27,101 bases of DNA from an uncultured bacterium. GTDB taxonomy: Bacteria; Patescibacteriota; Saccharimonadia; Saccharimonadales; Saccharimonadaceae. The stretch spans positions 1-27,101 of the forward strand of contig CAXYYW010000001.1 of NCBI GenBank assembly GCA_964293235.1. Reading direction: 5' to 3'. The notes beneath the pieces are model-generated. The model did no database searches, had not been told where the DNA came from, and worked only from the letters and a program-made list of their open reading frames with translations. The translations under genes and the position numbers were made by a program. Below are positions 25,648 through 27,101 of the stretch, piece after piece; the first letter of the stretch is position 1; each line of letters opens with the position of its first letter.

Positions 25648-27101
25648 ATGAGTATTGCGGCACGGAGGTTGCAAAGAACAAAGTTCTCGCCGAGCGGATC
25701 GGACGCGCTCGTGGTCGGCACAGGCAGCCTCACCATAGGTACTGCAAGTTATACTGTCCCGTCGGATGGCACAGCGCGGTTTGTTAGTCCAAGTGGCCTC
25801 AATACTAATGCTGGTACCGAAGCGTCGCCATGGCAAACCTTTGAATACGCGGCTGCAAATACAGCCGCTGGCGGCACTATCGTGCTCCGCGCAGGAACTT
25901 ACCACGAAGGCAAGGTGTTTATAAACAGTTCTAGCAACACAAATTCCGGGTATGTCGCTATATCTACTGGCAATGCAAACATCACCATACAAAACTACCC
26001 TGGAGAGGAAGTATGGTTCGATGGATCAAGCGTCATTTCGAGCTGGACAGTCAGCGGTGCCTACTGGTACACATCCTGGACGCCGTTTCGACGAGACCTA
26101 TACACTTGGGCCTCAACGTATCCCGTCCCCGTCGATGATAATAATACGACCAACGGCTGGGCATCATTGGACAATTCAACCGTCGGCTGGACGTATGTTA
26201 ACTACGGGAACACGACGAAAGCCTGTGCTGGTCGTCCTGAGCGTGTCTGGAAACGCGTGAAAGGCAGCACAGACGAAAGTGCGTGGGTTGCACTGACCCA
26301 AGTTGAGTTTCTTTCTGATATGGGAACCGACTTGTTCTACGGCGACGCCTACAATAATAGACTGTATATAGGGGCCGATCCGTCGGCATATGATATCCGC
26401 GTCACCGACAAGCAGACACTGTTTAACAGCATAGGTGCCGCCACAACCATACGGGGCATCGGATTTCGCCGTTACGCGCCGTCATTGCCGCAGTGGGGTT
26501 GCATAAAGTTCCACAGAGGTCACGCAACAATTGAAAACTGTACGTTTGAGAACATATCGGGAGTTGCAGTGTCTTGCATTGGGTCGAGTACGAATTCCGG
26601 ATTAGACAGTATGGGCGCGAACAATATTACGTTCAATCGCTGTAGCTTCCGCAATCTTGGCGACCTTGGTCTGCATATCGATCAAATCGACTATGCAAAT
26701 GTAACCGACTGTCGCTTCGAGTATTGCAACGACAAGCTGTTCAACCCTGCACCTTCCGCAGGGGCCGTCAAAATATCCAAAACTCGCTATTTTACAGGGA
26801 CCCGGAATCTCTATGCCTATACCTATACCGGCAAAGGCTTCTGGTCGGATGTGGACTGCCAAACTGTATATGAAATTAACAGCGACTTCATAGGTTGCGA
26901 GCAGCGCGGAGCGGTTTATGAGATGTCAAACGACGTCCATGTCATAGGCTGTCGCTTTAAGGACTTGGGTGAAAATGCCATTACCTTCATGGACTCTGAA
27001 GGCAGCGAGGTCTGGAACTGCAGCTTCTATAACATAGGTTTGCACCGTGGTGAAGTCATGGGTGCAGATACCTGTAGTTGCGCCGGTATAGCGGTGTTCA
27101 C
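25648..27101 (+). CDS. Right-handed parallel beta-helix (pectin-lyase-fold) protein, 3' truncated by window edge (not in ORF track)
   Basis: Open frame of at least 484 codons. FVSPSGLNTNAGTEASPWQT, GTIVLRAGTY and ITIQNYPGEEVWFDG are followed by PbH1-like repeats (ATIENCTFEN, ITFNRCSFRN, VTDCRFEY, VIGCRFKD, VWNCSFYN). Confidence 0.85.
   Translation, partial: MSIAARRLQRTKFSPSGSDALVVGTGSLTIGTASYTVPSDGTARFVSPSGLNTNAGTEASPWQTFEYAAANTAAGGTIVLRAGTYHEGKVFINSSSNTNSGYVAISTGNANITIQNYPGEEVWFDGSSVISSWTVSGAYWYTSWTPFRRDLYTWASTYPVPVDDNNTTNGWASLDNSTVGWTYVNYGNTTKACAGRPERVWKRVKGSTDESAWVALTQVEFLSDMGTDLFYGDAYNNRLYIGADPSAYDIRVTDKQTLFNSIGAATTIRGIGFRRYAPSLPQWGCIKFHRGHATIENCTFENISGVAVSCIGSSTNSGLDSMGANNITFNRCSFRNLGDLGLHIDQIDYANVTDCRFEYCNDKLFNPAPSAGAVKISKTRYFTGTRNLYAYTYTGKGFWSDVDCQTVYEINSDFIGCEQRGAVYEMSNDVHVIGCRFKDLGENAITFMDSEGSEVWNCSFYNIGLHRGEVMGADTCSCAGIAVF

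Overview
Chromosomal segment that is most likely from a Saccharibacteria (TM7, Patescibacteria/CPR) genome, using genetic code 11. The assignment is inferred from gene order and protein style: rpsD-rpoA-rplQ-rplM-rpsI with no truA, a Zn-less HolB, and a C-terminally extended L33. Housekeeping content is the end of the alpha/S9 ribosomal cluster, rnhA, trpS-rluD-holB, a TPR protein, tgt, rpmG and three tRNAs (Tyr-GUA, Thr-UGU, Thr-GGU). Accessory content includes a short variable patch between rnhA and trpS, holding a degenerate CPBP gene between two related hairpins and a nucleotidyltransferase-like gene split by TAA. There is also a GH13 glucan enzyme, an MMPL transporter, a translationally coupled GT4-GH57-GH15 alpha-glucan operon, a minimal K+ channel, and a beta-helix protein running off the right edge. 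The strongest leads are: (1) an AT-rich, intron-less I-Ssp6803I-like PD-(D/E)XK gene wedged between intact tRNA-Thr(UGU) and tRNA-Tyr(GUA), with Ala at a position I recall as catalytic Glu; (2) a head-to-head NDH-2 / cytochrome bd module with a half-size CydB; (3) an unannotated 50-aa signal-peptide ORF with its own near-consensus promoter; (4) pervasive leaderless gene starts. No CRISPR array, integrase, transposase or rRNA was seen. All family calls come from motif recognition by eye, and no database searches were run.
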